The notes under the pieces were generated by a model, which was not told the DNA's origin, ran no database searches, and saw only the letters and a list, made by a program, of their open reading frames with translations. Source: Verrucomicrobiaceae bacterium (lineage in GTDB: Bacteria > Verrucomicrobiota > Verrucomicrobiia > Verrucomicrobiales > Akkermansiaceae). From it: a DNA stretch of 64,000 nucleotides. The stretch is taken from contig JBPOGH010000018.1 of assembly GCA_051252135.1 (NCBI GenBank), positions 1 to 64,000 of the forward strand. The letters are read 5' to 3'. Every line of letters begins with the position of its first letter. The first letter of the stretch is position 1. Below are positions 48,831 to 58,272 of the stretch, one piece after another. The position numbers and the translations under genes are program-made.

Positions 48831-50447
48831 CTAGAAGCGGCGGAGGACGGTGTCGGACTCGTAGCGCTTTGCGGTTTTGGGGTAGTCGAGGGTGTGGTGG
48901 GATCCGCGGGATTCTTTTCGCAAGAGGGCGGAGTCGATGATGATGCTGGCGGTGGCGACGAGGTTCCGGAGCTCGAGGATGTCGGGGGTGAGGGTGTAGC
49001 CCCAGTAGAATTCTTTGACCTCGCGGCGGAGGTTGCGGAGGCGGTAGGAGGCGCGGCGGAGGCGGTTATCGGTGCGGACGATGGAGACGTAGTCCTGCAT
49101 GGTGCGGCGGAGTTCGTCCCAGGCGTGGTAGATGTTGACGAGCTCGTCGGGCGGGGCGGCGTTTCCGCTTTCCCATTGGGGGATGAGGGGGCCTTTGGGT
49201 TCGGATTTTCCCGGGGGGTAGAGTTTGAGGATTTTGGCGAGGGCGCGGCGGGCCATGACGTTGCCTTCGAGGAGGGAGTTGGAGGCGAGGCGGTTGGCGC
49301 CGTGGAGTCCGGTGCAGGCGACTTCTCCGATGGCGAAGAGTCCGCGGATGGCGGTGCCTCCGTCGAGGTCTGTGACGACGCCGCCGCATTGGTAGTGGGC
49401 GGCGGGGACGACGGGGATGGGTTTTTCGAGGGCGTTGTGGCCGAAGTGGAGGAGGGTTTGGTGGATGAAGGGGAAGCGCTCGGCGAAGGTGTCGCCGAGG
49501 GGGGAGACGTCGAGGAAGACGCAGGGGGCGCCGGTGCGTTTGATCTCGGTGTCGATGGCGCGGGCGACGATGTCACGGGGGGCGAGGGAGCCGCGTGGGT
49601 CGTGGTCGTTTACGAACTCATGGCCCTCGCCATTGACGAGGACGGCTCCTTCGCCGCGGACGGCTTCGGAGACGAGGAAGGAGCGTGCTTCGGGTCCGCT
49701 GGCGGCGGGGTTGTAGAAGCAGGTGGGGTGGAATTGGATGAACTCCATGTTGGCGATGGAGGCTCCGGCGCGCCAGGCCATGGCGAGGCCGTCGCCGGTG
49801 GAGGAGTCGGGGTTAGTGGTGTAGAGGTAGGTTTTTCCGCAGCCGCCGGTGGCGAGGATGACGCGCGCGGCTTCGATGACTTCGACGTTGCCGGTTTTTG
49901 TCTGGAGGACGTAGGCTCCGAGGATGCGATCGTCGGTGACGGCTCCGAGTTTTCCGGTGGTGATGAGGTCGATGGCGTAGTGGTCTTCGAGGAGGGTGAT
50001 GTTTTTGTTTTTCCTGGCGGTCTCGACGAGGGAGGTGGCGATTTCCCGGCCGGTGGTGTCCTTGGAGTGGAGGATGCGGCGTTCGGAGTGGCCGCCTTCT
50101 TTTCCGAGGGAGTAGCGGGAGGGATCTTCTTCGTCGCGGTCGAAATCGGTTCCCCAGGCGACGAGTTCGTCGATGGTCTTGGCGGCTTCGGCTACGATGG
50201 TCTCGACGACATCGGGATGGCAGAGGCCGCCTCCGGCGTCGAGGGTGTCGGCGATGTGCTTGGCGCAGTTGTCATCGGGGTCCCGGAGTCCTGGGGGGAG
50301 GACGGCGGAGATGCCGCCTTGGGCCCATGCGGTGTTGGATTCGAGGAGCTTGCCTTTGGAGATGACGGTGACGGTGCCGTGTTGGGAAGCTTTGATGGCG
50401 AAGGAGAGTCCGGCGACGCCGGCGCCGATGACGAGGAAATCAGACAT
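48831..50447 (-). CDS. nadB: L-aspartate oxidase
   Basis: GAGVAG, WAQGGI, EGGHSERRILH, QFHPT, HYQCGG, HGANRLASNSL, ESRGSH. Confidence 0.95.
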   Translation of the reverse strand: MSDFLVIGAGVAGLSFAIKASQHGTVTVISKGKLLESNTAWAQGGISAVLPPGLRDPDDNCAKHIADTLDAGGGLCHPDVVETIVAEAAKTIDELVAWGTDFDRDEEDPSRYSLGKEGGHSERRILHSKDTTGREIATSLVETARKNKNITLLEDHYAIDLITTGKLGAVTDDRILGAYVLQTKTGNVEVIEAARVILATGGCGKTYLYTTNPDSSTGDGLAMAWRAGASIANMEFIQFHPTCFYNPAASGPEARSFLVSEAVRGEGAVLVNGEGHEFVNDHDPRGSLAPRDIVARAIDTEIKRTGAPCVFLDVSPLGDTFAERFPFIHQTLLHFGHNALEKPIPVVPAAHYQCGGVVTDLDGGTAIRGLFAIGEVACTGLHGANRLASNSLLEGNVMARRALAKILKLYPPGKSEPKGPLIPQWESGNAAPPDELVNIYHAWDELRRTMQDYVSIVRTDNRLRRASYRLRNLRREVKEFYWGYTLTPDILELRNLVATASIIIDSALLRKESRGSHHTLDYPKTAKRYESDTVLRRF

Positions 50448-50583
50448 GAACGAAGGGGGTTACGATGCCCTTTGAGGGATCATTTGCCAATCATTCAGTG
50501 TTTTTGGGGGTTGGTGGGAGCGAGGGGGATGCCGGGTGTGCGGCGTTGGTTTGTGGGGGGTGATTTTTTGCGGACGCGGTGTT

Positions 50584-51741
50584 TCAGTGGATTTCTGTTT
50601 GGAGGTCGCGGGCGGTCCAGATTTGGCCGGCGAGGTGGCCGAGGGTGCCGCGGGGTTTTCGAGCGCCGGTTTGGCGACGGGTGCCGAAGTGTTCGCGGCT
50701 TTGTTGGTAGACGTCGTTGACGAAGGTTTTGCTGCCGAGGACGGCGCCATCGGCAAAGTAGCGGATACGGCAGCTGATGGCCTTGCCGATGGCGAGGTCA
50801 GGGGTGGGGTCGGCTTTTTTGAGGCGTGCGAGTTCTTTCTCGATAGCTGCGCGGGGTGCTCCTTTGCGGGTGGTTTTTTGGCTGATATCGCCCGATGAAT
50901 CGGGGCGGGTGGTTTTGACTTCAACGGCTCCCTGGAGGAGGATGGTGCGGTATTCTTTGGCGATGCCTCCTTGGGCCCAGGCGCGGGGTTTTCCTTGGTT
51001 GCCGCGGTGTCCGTGGAGCGCACGGACCAAGCCGGCGCGTGCTTTTTTTCCGCCTGCGGCTGCTTCTCCGTAGCTGCTCCAGCGGTAGTCTGCGGGGTCA
51101 GCGACCATTCCGGCCCGGACGGGATTGAGGTCGATGTAGGCGGCCATGGTGCGGGAGGCGGTGCCGTCTTCGACGATGACGCTTTTGAAGCGCTGCTCCC
51201 AGAGGGTGCCTTTGCGGCCGTTCATGCGGTTATACCAGGAGGTGAAGCGCTGCAGGAGACCTTTCATGAATTGGGAGAGGTCGTGCATGCGGTAGGTGAA
51301 GCGGCCTTTGACTTGTTGGAGTTGAAGGAGGGTTTGGTGGTAGGATTTTTGGGAGATTTTTCCGGCTGAGAGGGCCTTTCGGGCGTCTGCTTCTGCGCTG
51401 CGATGGTGGGCCAGTTCATGGCGGATTCCCTGAACGAATGCGCGGGAGTAGAGGGCATCGAGTCTTTTGAAGAAGGTGCTGTCGCTCAGGTCCTCGAGAG
51501 TTTCGCCGGGGGAGGGGGTCGGGGGGACTTCCAGCAGGATATGAAAGTGGTTGCTCATGATGCAGTAGCTCAGGACGCGGCAGCCGGAAAAGTTTTCATA
51601 CATGCGCATGAGCATCTTGAAGTGCTCGCGTTCTTCATCGCCGAGGACGAAGCGTCGGTCGACGATTCGGGAGACCACGTGATAAATCACCGGTTTTTCG
51701 GGGTCATCCTTCCAAGGAGCAAGCCAACGCGACTTCCGCAT
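50584..51741 (-). mobile_element. IS200-like / REP-associated tyrosine transposase (RAYT-like)
   Basis: YHVVSR, HUH motif NHFHIL, LWEQRFKS, YIDLNPVRAG, YRWSSY. Confidence 0.88.
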
Positions 51742-51831
51742 ATGGGAGACTAGACAGAAAGGGGATTGCGGGGCAAGCGGGTTTCCAATAAAAGGTCTGT
51801 CCCCATATCAAGAGGAGTTAGAGCGATTGTG

Positions 51832-51914
51832 GCATGCCTTCAGCATGCGGGTTGTTGGGAGAGGGGGTATGGGGCTGAAGCCCCATGTTTTGGTTGTTTG
51901 CTGCCTTTGGCAGC
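51832..51914. repeat. REP-like triple hairpin
   Basis: GCATGC-cttca-GCATGC, ATGGGGC-tgaa-GCCCCAT, GCTGCC-ttt-GGCAGC. Confidence 0.7.
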
Positions 51915-51955
51915 GTGAAGTGTGGTTATTCGTTGGGCGGAGGTTTGTTGAGGGG

Positions 51956-52121
51956 CTAGTGCTCCGTTCAGCTTAAAATGACGAGTGTCTTCTCACGTTT
52001 TTCGAGATGGCTTCGTTGTCACCCTTTCTGAGAATCCCGATTCACTGAAAGACTTCCGCCTTGCCCTCTCAAAAAACGCATTACGAAGCCATCCATCATT
52101 TTAAGCTGAACGAAGCACTAG
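51956..52121. mobile_element. MITE-like palindromic element with CTAG ends
   Basis: 25/26-nt terminal IR CTAGTGCTYCGTTCAGCTTAAAATGA; inner IR. Confidence 0.7.
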
Positions 52122-53170
52122 TCCTTTTTGGTGACGAGGCCGAAGAAGGAGCGTTTTTTGGCGGATTTTTTGGAGGTGCTGCCGCGGGTGGCGAGGGTGG
52201 TGGCGGGGCGTGGGGGGGATTTTTTGAGGACGGAGGGGAGTTGGGATTGGGAGACGTTGGAGGAGGAGAATTGGGTGGGGAGGAGGGTGGTTTTGCGCTT
52301 GGCGGTGAAGGTGCCTTTTTTGAGGTCGGGGATTTCGGAGACGCCGGAGACGCCGCCGGGGTTGCTGCCGTCCTGCGGGCCTTCGATGGGGCCTTCGAGG
52401 AGGGAGGTGAAGCCTTGGTTGACGGTGAGTTGGCCGGTCTGGATGAGGGATCCGGGGCGGTTGTCATGGGCGACGCCGAAGGGGGCGGTGAGGGTGACGG
52501 AGTTTCCGGGGGCGGAGGTTTGGAACCGGCCGCTGTTGGAGATGAAGCCATCGGAGTAGATCTCGATGGTGGGGGCGGTGATGGTGCCGCGGGTGCGGAC
52601 CTGGGCGCCGCCGAGGGATCCGGAGGCGGGGGTGATGGAGAGGTCGGCTTGGGAGACGGTGGAGGTCTCAGCTGAGATGAGGGTGACTTTTCCGGAGGGG
52701 GCTTCGAGGTTTCCGCCGATGGTTTGGCGGAGGCTGAGGAGGGTGAGGTCGCCGGAGGAGGCGTGGATGTCTCCGTTGACGATCATGTCGCGGACGCGGA
52801 GGGAGCCCTGGAAGTTTCCGCCGGTGAGGGGGAGGGTGGAGAGGGTGACGGCGGGGGCGTGGATGGTGCCGTTCATGCGGATGCCGCGGGGGGCGATGAG
52901 GGTGAAGGGACCGTCGGAGGTGATGGAGCCATCGATGAGGGCGGTGCCGCTGACGTGGTGGGTGCTGGCGAAGGGGCCGCCGGCGGAGGTGATGTTGAGG
53001 GAGTCGGTGGCGGGGAGGGTGAAGCCGGTCCAGTTGAGGTCGGCATTGTTAAAGAGGGTGATGTCGGTATTTCCTCCGGCGGAGGTGCACATGAAGTGAG
53101 GGGAGGGGCCGAGGGGGCATTGTGCGGCGGCGGTGCCGATGAGAGCTGTGAGAAGGAGGCCGGTTTTCAT
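52118..53170 (-). CDS. Short TpsA-like protein (filamentous hemagglutinin N-terminal/TPS domain)
   Basis: Signal peptide; LNWTGF, IDGSITSDG.FTLIAPRGI (NPNG-like), beta-helix-type repeats. Confidence 0.65.
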   Translation of the reverse strand: MKTGLLLTALIGTAAAQCPLGPSPHFMCTSAGGNTDITLFNNADLNWTGFTLPATDSLNITSAGGPFASTHHVSGTALIDGSITSDGPFTLIAPRGIRMNGTIHAPAVTLSTLPLTGGNFQGSLRVRDMIVNGDIHASSGDLTLLSLRQTIGGNLEAPSGKVTLISAETSTVSQADLSITPASGSLGGAQVRTRGTITAPTIEIYSDGFISNSGRFQTSAPGNSVTLTAPFGVAHDNRPGSLIQTGQLTVNQGFTSLLEGPIEGPQDGSNPGGVSGVSEIPDLKKGTFTAKRKTTLLPTQFSSSNVSQSQLPSVLKKSPPRPATTLATRGSTSKKSAKKRSFFGLVTKKD

Positions 53171-53271
53171 CACTGGAATCATCGCAAAGAAGGGCGGTGA
53201 ATGTCAGGAATTATTCTCGTTCTTTCATTGGGGGCGAATTTCCGTATTCTTTGCGGGTGATTTCCGCTCCG

Positions 53272-54195
53272 ATGGCAGGATGGCTCGATGAGCTTTGGGA
53301 GGCGGTGTGCCGTAAGGCGGCGCGGCCGATTCCGGGGGTGTTGTTGGATGGGAGGGGGATTGCGACGGTGGCGCGTGAGGTGTTTGGGGAGTTTCTTGAG
53401 GGTGGGGGTTCGCCGGAGGGGACGCCGCAGGCAATGATGACGGTTCTGGGGCAACCGGCGCAGAAGGAGGCGCTGAAGCATGTGGCGGGTCGGCGGAGCG
53501 GGGAGGGGGATGCGGATTTGTTGCGGGATCCGGAGAAGAAGTATTGGGAGAGGAATCCGAAGATGCCGGAGTTGGTGGAACGCGGGGGTGAGGGTGAGCT
53601 GACATCGGGTGAATGGGGAATTGCGGAGCCGGTGATGTGGAAGCGTGCGGCGCCGATTTATCGTCGATTGCGGATCAATGAGACGGATGCGCGTGATGTT
53701 TACGGGGAGACGATGGGTGATTTTTTGAAGGCGCGGCCCGATCTAAAAGGTTGTCCTTTTTTGGAGATGTTGGTTTTTGAGGAACTGCCACGTTTGTTTG
53801 CGGTGGTGGCGGAGCGGCGGGCGATCTCGTGGGTGCGGAAGCAGACGACGCTGAAGAATCAGCCGAACCAGACGGGGTTGTCGATGGATGATCCGGACCT
53901 GGGGTTGGCGGAGCCGAGGTCGCTGGAGGATCCGGATCCGTTGGCGAATGTGACCTTTGACCGGATCCGGGAGCGGTGCGGGGAGGCGCTGGAGGATTTT
54001 GAGTGGCACGTGGTGGAGGCGCTCTTTGTGGAGGGGAGTCAGACGCGGGATGAGCTGGTGATGGAGGATTGGATTGTGGAGGAGATGGGGGTGGATTTGG
54101 GGGCGTCGAGATCGACGAAGCTGCGACGGCTGAACGGGGTGATTGCGGAGGCGCTGGGGAAGCTGGGGCGCGCGATAGAAACGACTGATTTGTAG
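53272..54195 (+). CDS. ECF-type sigma-factor-like protein with N-terminal extension
   Basis: Sigma2-like DARDVYGETM..LFAVVAERRAISWVRKQ; sigma4-like HTH near the C-terminus. Confidence 0.6.
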   Translation: MAGWLDELWEAVCRKAARPIPGVLLDGRGIATVAREVFGEFLEGGGSPEGTPQAMMTVLGQPAQKEALKHVAGRRSGEGDADLLRDPEKKYWERNPKMPELVERGGEGELTSGEWGIAEPVMWKRAAPIYRRLRINETDARDVYGETMGDFLKARPDLKGCPFLEMLVFEELPRLFAVVAERRAISWVRKQTTLKNQPNQTGLSMDDPDLGLAEPRSLEDPDPLANVTFDRIRERCGEALEDFEWHVVEALFVEGSQTRDELVMEDWIVEEMGVDLGASRSTKLRRLNGVIAEALGKLGRAIETTDL

Positions 54196-54241
54196 AAAAA
54201 GTGACATTGAACCCGAAGGAGTGCGATCGAGGAGACAGAAG

Positions 54242-54895
54242 ATGAAAAAGATACCTGACCGAAGCCTTGAAGCACTGCGTGTGCGTGACGAGCTATCGCA
54301 TGATTCCGATGCGCTGCGGGCGTTGGATGCGCTGGCGAAGATGAGCGAGGAGGAGAGTGCGGTGGAAGTGCCGCCGATTCCGGATGATTTGCGGGCGCAG
54401 TGGGGGGAGCGGTATGGGGAGGCGCGGCAGGCAGTTCCGGTGGCGAAGGAAGGATTTTTTGCGAGCTTGAAAGAGCGGTGGAGTGGATGGGCTTTGGGCG
54501 GGGTGGCGGCGACGTCGCTCGCGGCGATTGCGTTGCTCTTTGTGCTGAATCAGGGAGGGACGCCATCGATGAGCGGTGGCGATGCTCCGGTGATGCGGGG
54601 TGGTGGTGATTTCCAGCCGACGAAGGAGACGGTGATACTTTTCATCGGGAGTGCGGAAGTGAGCTTCGAGGAGTTCTTTGAAACCCGTGAAGGCGGGCTG
54701 GTGCTGGAGGCGGCTGATGAGGCTGATGTTGAGCGGGTGATCGCTGACAATGGGCTGAGTGAAGCGGTGGTGATTGATGCCGGGACCGGGACCTTGCGGC
54801 TTTGGAAGGACGGCTTTGGTGATGAGGTGAAGTTGATTGAGGGGGGCGATGCCTATGATTTGAGTGAAGCGCTGGAGAACCATCTGGGACAATGA
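54242..54895 (+). CDS. Single-pass membrane protein, putative anti-sigma factor
   Basis: Cytoplasmic helical N-terminus with PPIPDDL, one TM, periplasmic domain; directly after the sigma-like gene. Confidence 0.55.
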   Translation: MKKIPDRSLEALRVRDELSHDSDALRALDALAKMSEEESAVEVPPIPDDLRAQWGERYGEARQAVPVAKEGFFASLKERWSGWALGGVAATSLAAIALLFVLNQGGTPSMSGGDAPVMRGGGDFQPTKETVILFIGSAEVSFEEFFETREGGLVLEAADEADVERVIADNGLSEAVVIDAGTGTLRLWKDGFGDEVKLIEGGDAYDLSEALENHLGQ

Positions 54896-56331
54896 AGACC
54901 TTACTGACTTTCTCATTGATCACGGCGGCTTACGGGCTGCCGGTGGTGATCGAGAGTGGGAATGAGGTGCCGGACCGGGAGGTGCTGGAGGAGGCGGTGG
55001 CGCAGGCGCGGGATGCGGATGGGGCGGCGGATGCGATCTTGATTCACTACCATGACCGGGGGTTTCCGGCAGTGGGGGTGGAGGTGGTGGATGAGCGGGG
55101 GCGGCGTCGGGCGGTGATTGAGGTGGCGCGGTTTGGCAAGGTGTGGCTGGGGGAGGGTCCGGAGCGGACGGAGAAGGTGGCGGGAGAGTTTTTTGGTGAG
55201 TTGTCGGGGAGCCCGGTGGATCGCAAGGTGTTGGCGGGGATGCTGGAGGACTTTCATGCGAATCCGCTGCATCGGGTGGTGCCGAAGCTGCAGCCGAGTG
55301 AGGATGGGGTGAGGGTGAATGCGTTGTTGCAGATCGAGCAGTCGGAGGCGCAGCGGTTTTCGGCGGGGTATTTGGATACGGGGGCGAATCCGCTGCCGCG
55401 TGAGCGGGTGTGGGTGCGGGGTGAGTTTGCGGATTTGTTCGGGCGGTCGACCTTGACCTCGGCACAGGTGAGTTCGGCATTTGATCCGGGCGAGTTTCAT
55501 GCGGTGCAGCTGGGGACGCGGTTTTTTCAGCGGGGGAATCAGGAGTTGGGTTTTGATTTGTCTTACTCGGGGGCGTCGGGGTTTTCGGTGGGTGGGTTTG
55601 ATGCGTATTCGTGGCAGGCGGGGGTGAGTTGGGAGCGGGGGGAAGCGGAGTGGCGGGGGTGGGAGCGGACGACGACGGCGGGATTTTCGTACCGGAAGAG
55701 TAACAACGCGCTGGAATTTGGGGCAGCGACGGCGCGTGGGTTGGCAGATGTTTTCCAGGTGAGGGTGGGGCAGGAGTGGGAGCGGAGGGATGAGGGAGCG
55801 GAGACGCAGGTGCAGGCGGATTTGATCGCGTCGCCGGGGGGGACGTCATCGGCTGGGGACGATGCGGCGCATCAATCGTTGCGGCCGGGGGCGAGGGCGG
55901 AATATCTGATGGCGCGGGCGGGGCTGTGGCATCGTCGTGATTTACCCAAGGGATGGGACGCGGTGGTGCATGCGGCGGGGCAGTGGTCGAGCGATCCGGT
56001 GTTGCAGGCGGATCAGATTGCGTTGGGCGGGGCGTCGGGCTTGCGCGGGTTGCCGGAGCAATTTGCGTTGGGGGACGAGGGGTATTTTGGCGGGGTGGAG
56101 ATCCGGACTCCGGTGCTGGAGGTGGCGGGGGACTGGAAGGTGCGGCCTTCGGTGTTTTTGCAGGCGGGTGAGACTTTTAATCTGGTGACGGGCGGGAGCA
56201 CGAGTGCGGTGACGAGCGGGCTGGGAATTCAGGTGGCGGGCGGCGAAGGGCTTCGTGCTTCGGTTCACGCGGGCTGGCGGCTCGACTCGGGCGGCTCGGA
56301 GCTGCATACTCAATTAACGTGGAAATTTTAA
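54892..56331 (+). CDS. ShlB/FhaC/HecB (TpsB) outer-membrane transporter
   Basis: YHDRGF POTRA-like motif, LQP..G, DTGAN, ALGGASGLRG (VRG-like), terminal WKF. Confidence 0.8.
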   Translation: MKTLLTFSLITAAYGLPVVIESGNEVPDREVLEEAVAQARDADGAADAILIHYHDRGFPAVGVEVVDERGRRRAVIEVARFGKVWLGEGPERTEKVAGEFFGELSGSPVDRKVLAGMLEDFHANPLHRVVPKLQPSEDGVRVNALLQIEQSEAQRFSAGYLDTGANPLPRERVWVRGEFADLFGRSTLTSAQVSSAFDPGEFHAVQLGTRFFQRGNQELGFDLSYSGASGFSVGGFDAYSWQAGVSWERGEAEWRGWERTTTAGFSYRKSNNALEFGAATARGLADVFQVRVGQEWERRDEGAETQVQADLIASPGGTSSAGDDAAHQSLRPGARAEYLMARAGLWHRRDLPKGWDAVVHAAGQWSSDPVLQADQIALGGASGLRGLPEQFALGDEGYFGGVEIRTPVLEVAGDWKVRPSVFLQAGETFNLVTGGSTSAVTSGLGIQVAGGEGLRASVHAGWRLDSGGSELHTQLTWKF

Positions 56332-56343
56332 TCCCCCGATCCG

Positions 56344-58272
56344 ATGCGCGTTCGAATTCTTCTTCTCATGCTGGCCCTGATGGGCGTGGCATCCGCGCAG
56401 GATCCGAGATTCTACATTCAGGTCAACGATCCGAATAACGCGCAGCTTCTGGCGACGGTGACGGGGGCGGGAGTGGGGGTGAATGTGGTGCGGAATTTGG
56501 ACTATCCGGTGGTGGGGCTGAATGCGGTGGCGGTGACTCTGGACCCGGCTGATTCGGGGCAGCTGCGCAATGCGATGGATGCGCAGTATGGGCCGGGCAA
56601 TCATTTGTTTACGTTGGATCCGGTTTCGCTTCCGGATGAGGGATCGGGGGATGATCCGTCGGATCCGATTTTGGTGATGGCGCCATCGTCCAACCCGGCG
56701 CTCGACAATCTGGTGCCATCGCGGCCGGTGACATCGCCGCCGAGCGGGCCGCTGGAAGGGAGTTTGATCATCGACATTGTGGGGACGGGAGTGGATCAGG
56801 CGCATCCGGGGTTTTCCGGTCTGACGTTTGAGACTCCGATATCGGTGATGCCTGATCTTGGCGGGGGGATGCTTCCGGGGGATGTGGATTTTTACAATCA
56901 TGAGAGTCGGCTGGCGGGATGTATTGCGGGGAGCAGCTCGGGGATTTTGACGGCATTGGGAACGCGGTCGGGGGCGACGTATCGTTCGGTGTTGTGTTAT
57001 GAGAAGCCCGAGGGAGGGCCGGGATTGGCAACGGCTTTTACGAGTGATTGTGTGGCGGCGATTGCGGAGGTGGTCTTTGAGCATGATCTGAGGACGCAGG
57101 GTCCCTATTTGAAAAACCATGCGGCGGTGATGTGTTATGCGCACTCGGTGGTGCCGCCATCGCCGGGAGACGGCATCCGGGTGGGGCATTTGGAAGCGAC
57201 GCTGGATCAGGCCTGGGAGCGTGGGATTTTCACGTCGATCTCGGCGGGGAATCGTCCGGTGGCGGCGGCGGCGTCATCGCCTGCGGGTGCGGGTGAGTGG
57301 ATTGTGTATGATTCCGGTGGCGGGGTGGTGAGCACGCGGTATTGGCCTCCTCCGGGACCTCCTTCGTATCTGCTTCCGGCAACGGTAGGGTTTGAGACGA
57401 CATTTACGGGGTCGGATTATCATGTGAAATCCGGGGCGCATGACATCGCGGTTTCGCCTGCGCCGTGGTATGTATCGGCATCGTTGGGGTCGGCGCTGAA
57501 TCTGCCGAATGAATCGGGATATGGTCCGACGACGAACAACGGGGTGGATGTTTTTTCACCGGGCGCGGCGGTGCCGGTGCCGGCGACCCGATTGATTACC
57601 CCTCCGGTGGGCGGGACGACGATCACGGTGGATGGAACGACTTACACGGTGGAGCGCGGGTATCAATTGGGGAACGGGACGAGCTATGGGGCGGCGTATA
57701 CGGCGGGGTTGGCGGCGAGGATTTATCAAATGAGGCCGTGGGCGAGTCCTTCGCAGGTGCGTTCGGCGATCATCGATGCTCTTCCTGCGAGCGGGCTGGA
57801 AGCGCTCACGGTGCCGAGTCTGGGGTCGCTTCCGGCGATGTCGCTGACCTACGAGGAGTGGATTGCGCGGTATGAGAACATCGCCGACTTTGGGTTTTTC
57901 GAGAGCGACATGGATGCGAAGCTGGCGGACCCGGATGGGGACGGGGTTCCCAATTTGACCGAGTATCACTGCGGGATGGATCCGCGCCATGAGGATGCGC
58001 AGCATGCTCCGGTGATGGCGCTGGATGAGGACGCGTTGACGATCACGGTGGCGATGCAGCTTGCGGTTTATCTTCCTGCGCCGGACGAGGTGGATTGGCG
58101 GATCGAATCGAGCGACGATCTCGAAGTCTGGGCGAGCGAGGGAAAGGGAGTGGTGACCACCTTTTCCGAAACTGCGCTGAATGGGGATGGCACGAACATC
58201 AGCGCGGTTTTTAGCTTCACCACCGGAGCTCCGAAGAAATTCTATCGGGTGGCTATTTTTGATATTCTCTGA
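56344..58272 (+). CDS. Secreted S8 subtilase-like protein
   Basis: IVGTGVD, HESRLAG, SAGN, DVFSPG, GTSY; C-terminal DPDGDG..FYRV domain. Confidence 0.75.
   Translation: MRVRILLLMLALMGVASAQDPRFYIQVNDPNNAQLLATVTGAGVGVNVVRNLDYPVVGLNAVAVTLDPADSGQLRNAMDAQYGPGNHLFTLDPVSLPDEGSGDDPSDPILVMAPSSNPALDNLVPSRPVTSPPSGPLEGSLIIDIVGTGVDQAHPGFSGLTFETPISVMPDLGGGMLPGDVDFYNHESRLAGCIAGSSSGILTALGTRSGATYRSVLCYEKPEGGPGLATAFTSDCVAAIAEVVFEHDLRTQGPYLKNHAAVMCYAHSVVPPSPGDGIRVGHLEATLDQAWERGIFTSISAGNRPVAAAASSPAGAGEWIVYDSGGGVVSTRYWPPPGPPSYLLPATVGFETTFTGSDYHVKSGAHDIAVSPAPWYVSASLGSALNLPNESGYGPTTNNGVDVFSPGAAVPVPATRLITPPVGGTTITVDGTTYTVERGYQLGNGTSYGAAYTAGLAARIYQMRPWASPSQVRSAIIDALPASGLEALTVPSLGSLPAMSLTYEEWIARYENIADFGFFESDMDAKLADPDGDGVPNLTEYHCGMDPRHEDAQHAPVMALDEDALTITVAMQLAVYLPAPDEVDWRIESSDDLEVWASEGKGVVTTFSETALNGDGTNISAVFSFTTGAPKKFYRVAIFDIL

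Noticed and set aside
643..50447. nadE and nadB as a NAD cluster
   Set aside because: About 46 kb apart with unrelated genes between them
48801..50720. 639-aa + strand ORF and similar long G/E/V-rich or P/S/T-rich ORFs throughout the window
   Set aside because: Antisense or alternate-frame shadows of real genes (here nadB), caused by high GC and strand skew
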